Of a stretch of 64,000 nt of DNA, positions 61,870 to 64,000 are shown piece by piece. The number at the start of each line of letters is the position of its first letter. The first letter of the stretch is position 1. Made by a program: the position numbers and the translations under genes. The stretch covers positions 60,574,001-60,638,000 of the forward strand of contig NC_043000.1 in the NCBI RefSeq assembly GCF_006345805.1, in the 5' to 3' direction. This stretch comes from Octopus sinensis (lineage: Eukaryota). Below the pieces are notes generated by a model. It was not told the DNA's origin, ran no database searches, and was given only the letters and a program-made list of their open reading frames with translations.

Positions 61870-62600
61870 CTAGATTAAAAACGGCTCTTTCTCCAAGAAC
61901 TTCGCGGTTAGTGGCCCAGTCCCTCCGAACGTCTCAAACGCTACAGGTTGGAACAGATAGTTCACTGTCAGGTTCCGATAGTCCAGGGTTTTCTTCTGTT
62001 CTGCGACGGAAGCAGTGACCCTCCCATTAACTGCAGCATCCAGGATGTTAGAGAGAGCAAAGGAGTCGCAGACTGTGACGTTCCAAATGAGGTACCTGCC
62101 TCTAACACAGGGACAGAGAGTAAGACTATCTGGTCTCTTTCCATCACTTTTGGATAACCCCCGACGGCTCCAGAACTGAGGGGGATATCCGAGCCAAAGC
62201 CTGTTTAAGATAAAGACGAGCACTTGCGCAGACCTGGACCCCCAAACCGTTTGGGCAAAGCAGCTTGGTCGTGGAAATCTGAGGAGAGTTTGACATTGAC
62301 CAAGTATTCGAGTTTCCTGAAGATTAAGGTTCGTCAAATTATTGGAGAGACAACAAGAATCTGTAAGGAATAACTCGCAGAAAATACAATGCTTGAGGAA
62401 TTGGCAAATAATTCCTATGTATAAAAAACCTTGGTGGGGCTCAATTACTTCAAGGTTTTTTAAAAGTTGTTCCAGATTAGCCAGTTCAGATCTAAAGACG
62501 GACTCGAAAGCTAGGTCAGTAATTGGTGCTCCAAGGGAGCATCACGCTGATGAAGGAAGAATCGCAATTGAGGAGAGGGAGTCAACAAATAGTTTGAAAA
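61870..62600 (-). mobile_element. CRE-clade-like LINE fragment (RT thumb plus restriction-like endonuclease)
   Basis: SLGAPI..L..LE upstream; SDGKRPDSLTL.P..RGRYLIWNVTVCDS..AE.KK..Y..L..FQPVAFETFG matches the RPD..WD.T..K..KY RLE pattern. Confidence 0.7.
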
Positions 62601-62609
62601 GCTATAATC

Positions 62610-63125
62610 ACGATACATACATACATACATACATACATAATGTGTGTGCATGTATGTGTCCAAATGTTTGTGTATCTGTCACTATAAACGTTTACAGTGT
62701 GAAGCAGAATTTTTCACTGAATGTATGTATGAATATATGTATGCACGCACGCATGCATGCATGCATGTATGTATGTATGTATGTATGTATGTATGTATGT
62801 ATGCATGTATGCATGTATGCATGTATGTATGTATGTATGTATGTATGTATGTATGCATGTATGCATGTATGCATGTATGTATGTATGTATGTATGTATGT
62901 ATGTATGTATGTATGTATGTACGCATGTTAGCATGTATGGACAGAGACAGACATGCACATGTACACGCACGCATACTTATAAATAGATAGAATAGATAAA
63001 TAGATAGATAGGTGCATAGATAGACAGATAGATAGACAGACATACAGATGGACAGATATACAGACAGGCAGACAGGTAGACAGACAGGCAGACAGACAGA
63101 CAGACAGACAAAAAGACAGACAAAC

Positions 63126-63191
<66 letters not shown>

Positions 63192-63200
63192 GTAAATTGA
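62610..63200. repeat. compound tetranucleotide microsatellites (TATG/CATG, AGAC, AGAT)
   Basis: Directly visible. Other large SSR tracts: (TA)n near 31845-32000, 53530-53605, 54070-54168, 58900-59025; (AG)n 60890-60945; (ACC/AAC)n 63310-63480. Confidence 0.97.
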
Positions 63201-63428
63201 TAGATATGTCTTCGACGTCATATATCGTAAGCTTTTGCAGCGCCTCGATCATGGAACAGGTAGCACTGGTTTATATTGTACCTGTAGCATGTGTATACAC
63301 GTGAGTATAAACCACCACCACCACCACAGCCATCCTACCATCAACACTAACACAACACCACCAACACCACCACCGCTGCCGTCACCGTCACCATGACCGC
63401 CGCCAAAAACACCACCACCATCACCACC

Positions 63429-63460
<32 letters not shown>

Positions 63461-63536
63461 CGCCATCGCCACCAGCCCACCAACTCCTTCGCAGTCAGCA
63501 ACTGCATCTATAGTTCGAACAAGATAATCAATTTCA

Positions 63537-63730
63537 TCTAGTATATATAAATTACAGTATATGTGTGTATAATGATTAACGCATACATTTCCACAATTCT
63601 CAACCGATTTTCTCCAAACTTTACACACACATTACTAATATGTCTTAAGGTTGGTCATGCACTATAACATTTTGCCGAGAGCTCTCGCGTAAATGGATAT
63701 AGCTTTTTTGGCTGTAGAGTCTTCCATACT
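63537..63730 (+). mobile_element. Helitron-like 5' terminal fragment
   Basis: TCTAGTATATATAAA..CCGATTTTCTCCAAACTTTACACAC pattern. Confidence 0.45.
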
Positions 63731-63738
63731 TTTTAAAT

Positions 63739-63801
<63 letters not shown>

Positions 63802-64000
63802 TACATACATACATACATACATACATACATACATACATACATACATACATACATACACACAAATCCTGTGCATCTCTGTTCCCAATGCATTCTCAAACGG
63901 CTCAAACAAATCAAATCAAATTTTACATGGTAATACTATGAGACCCCGTGAGTGTCAACATGTAACTTTTGTGGATTAAAACAATGCAACATTGGCACTG

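Noticed and set aside
62342-63941. Many ORFs such as [24 protein letters not shown] and RERERE (also 53520-54452, 56722-57250)
   Set aside because: Translations of microsatellites that lack stop codons.

Overview
Eukaryotic, AT-rich, microsatellite- and transposon-dense genomic DNA. The SINE, RTE and Penelope families look like those of Octopus (cephalopod); this is recognition from memory, not a database result. Three host genes are supported by spliced reading frames. (1) PMVK, animal-type phosphomevalonate kinase, minus strand, exons 5717-5638, 2399-2336 and 1085-788; the last exon was not found in 1-787 and is presumably left of the window. (2) TRMT1, tRNA m2,2G26 dimethyltransferase, plus strand, head-to-head with PMVK, CDS join(7847-9291, 11457-11547, 12320-12598, 14473-14595), 645 aa with a C-terminal C3H1 finger. 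(3) An unrecognised TATA-driven gene absent as such from the ORF track, join(34221-34229, 39317-39570, ...), encoding a signal peptide, pro-region, furin site RERR and a CCP motif; it is a candidate secreted cystine-knot (Spaetzle/neurotrophin-like) precursor whose 3' exons were not found. The rest is layered mobile DNA: several tRNA-derived SINE families, RTE, CR1/L2-group, R4/Dong and CRE-like LINE pieces, two Gypsy relics, two mariners, Helitrons, MITEs and Penelope-like elements (PLEs). The most unusual structures are three different hammerhead-ribozyme-like PLE repeats, each in an inverted pair (one fused behind a tRNA-derived Pol III head), a SINE/LINE shared 3' tail with a structure-conserved hairpin, and many near-perfect palindromes. 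No rRNA, intact tRNA gene or CRISPR array was seen.
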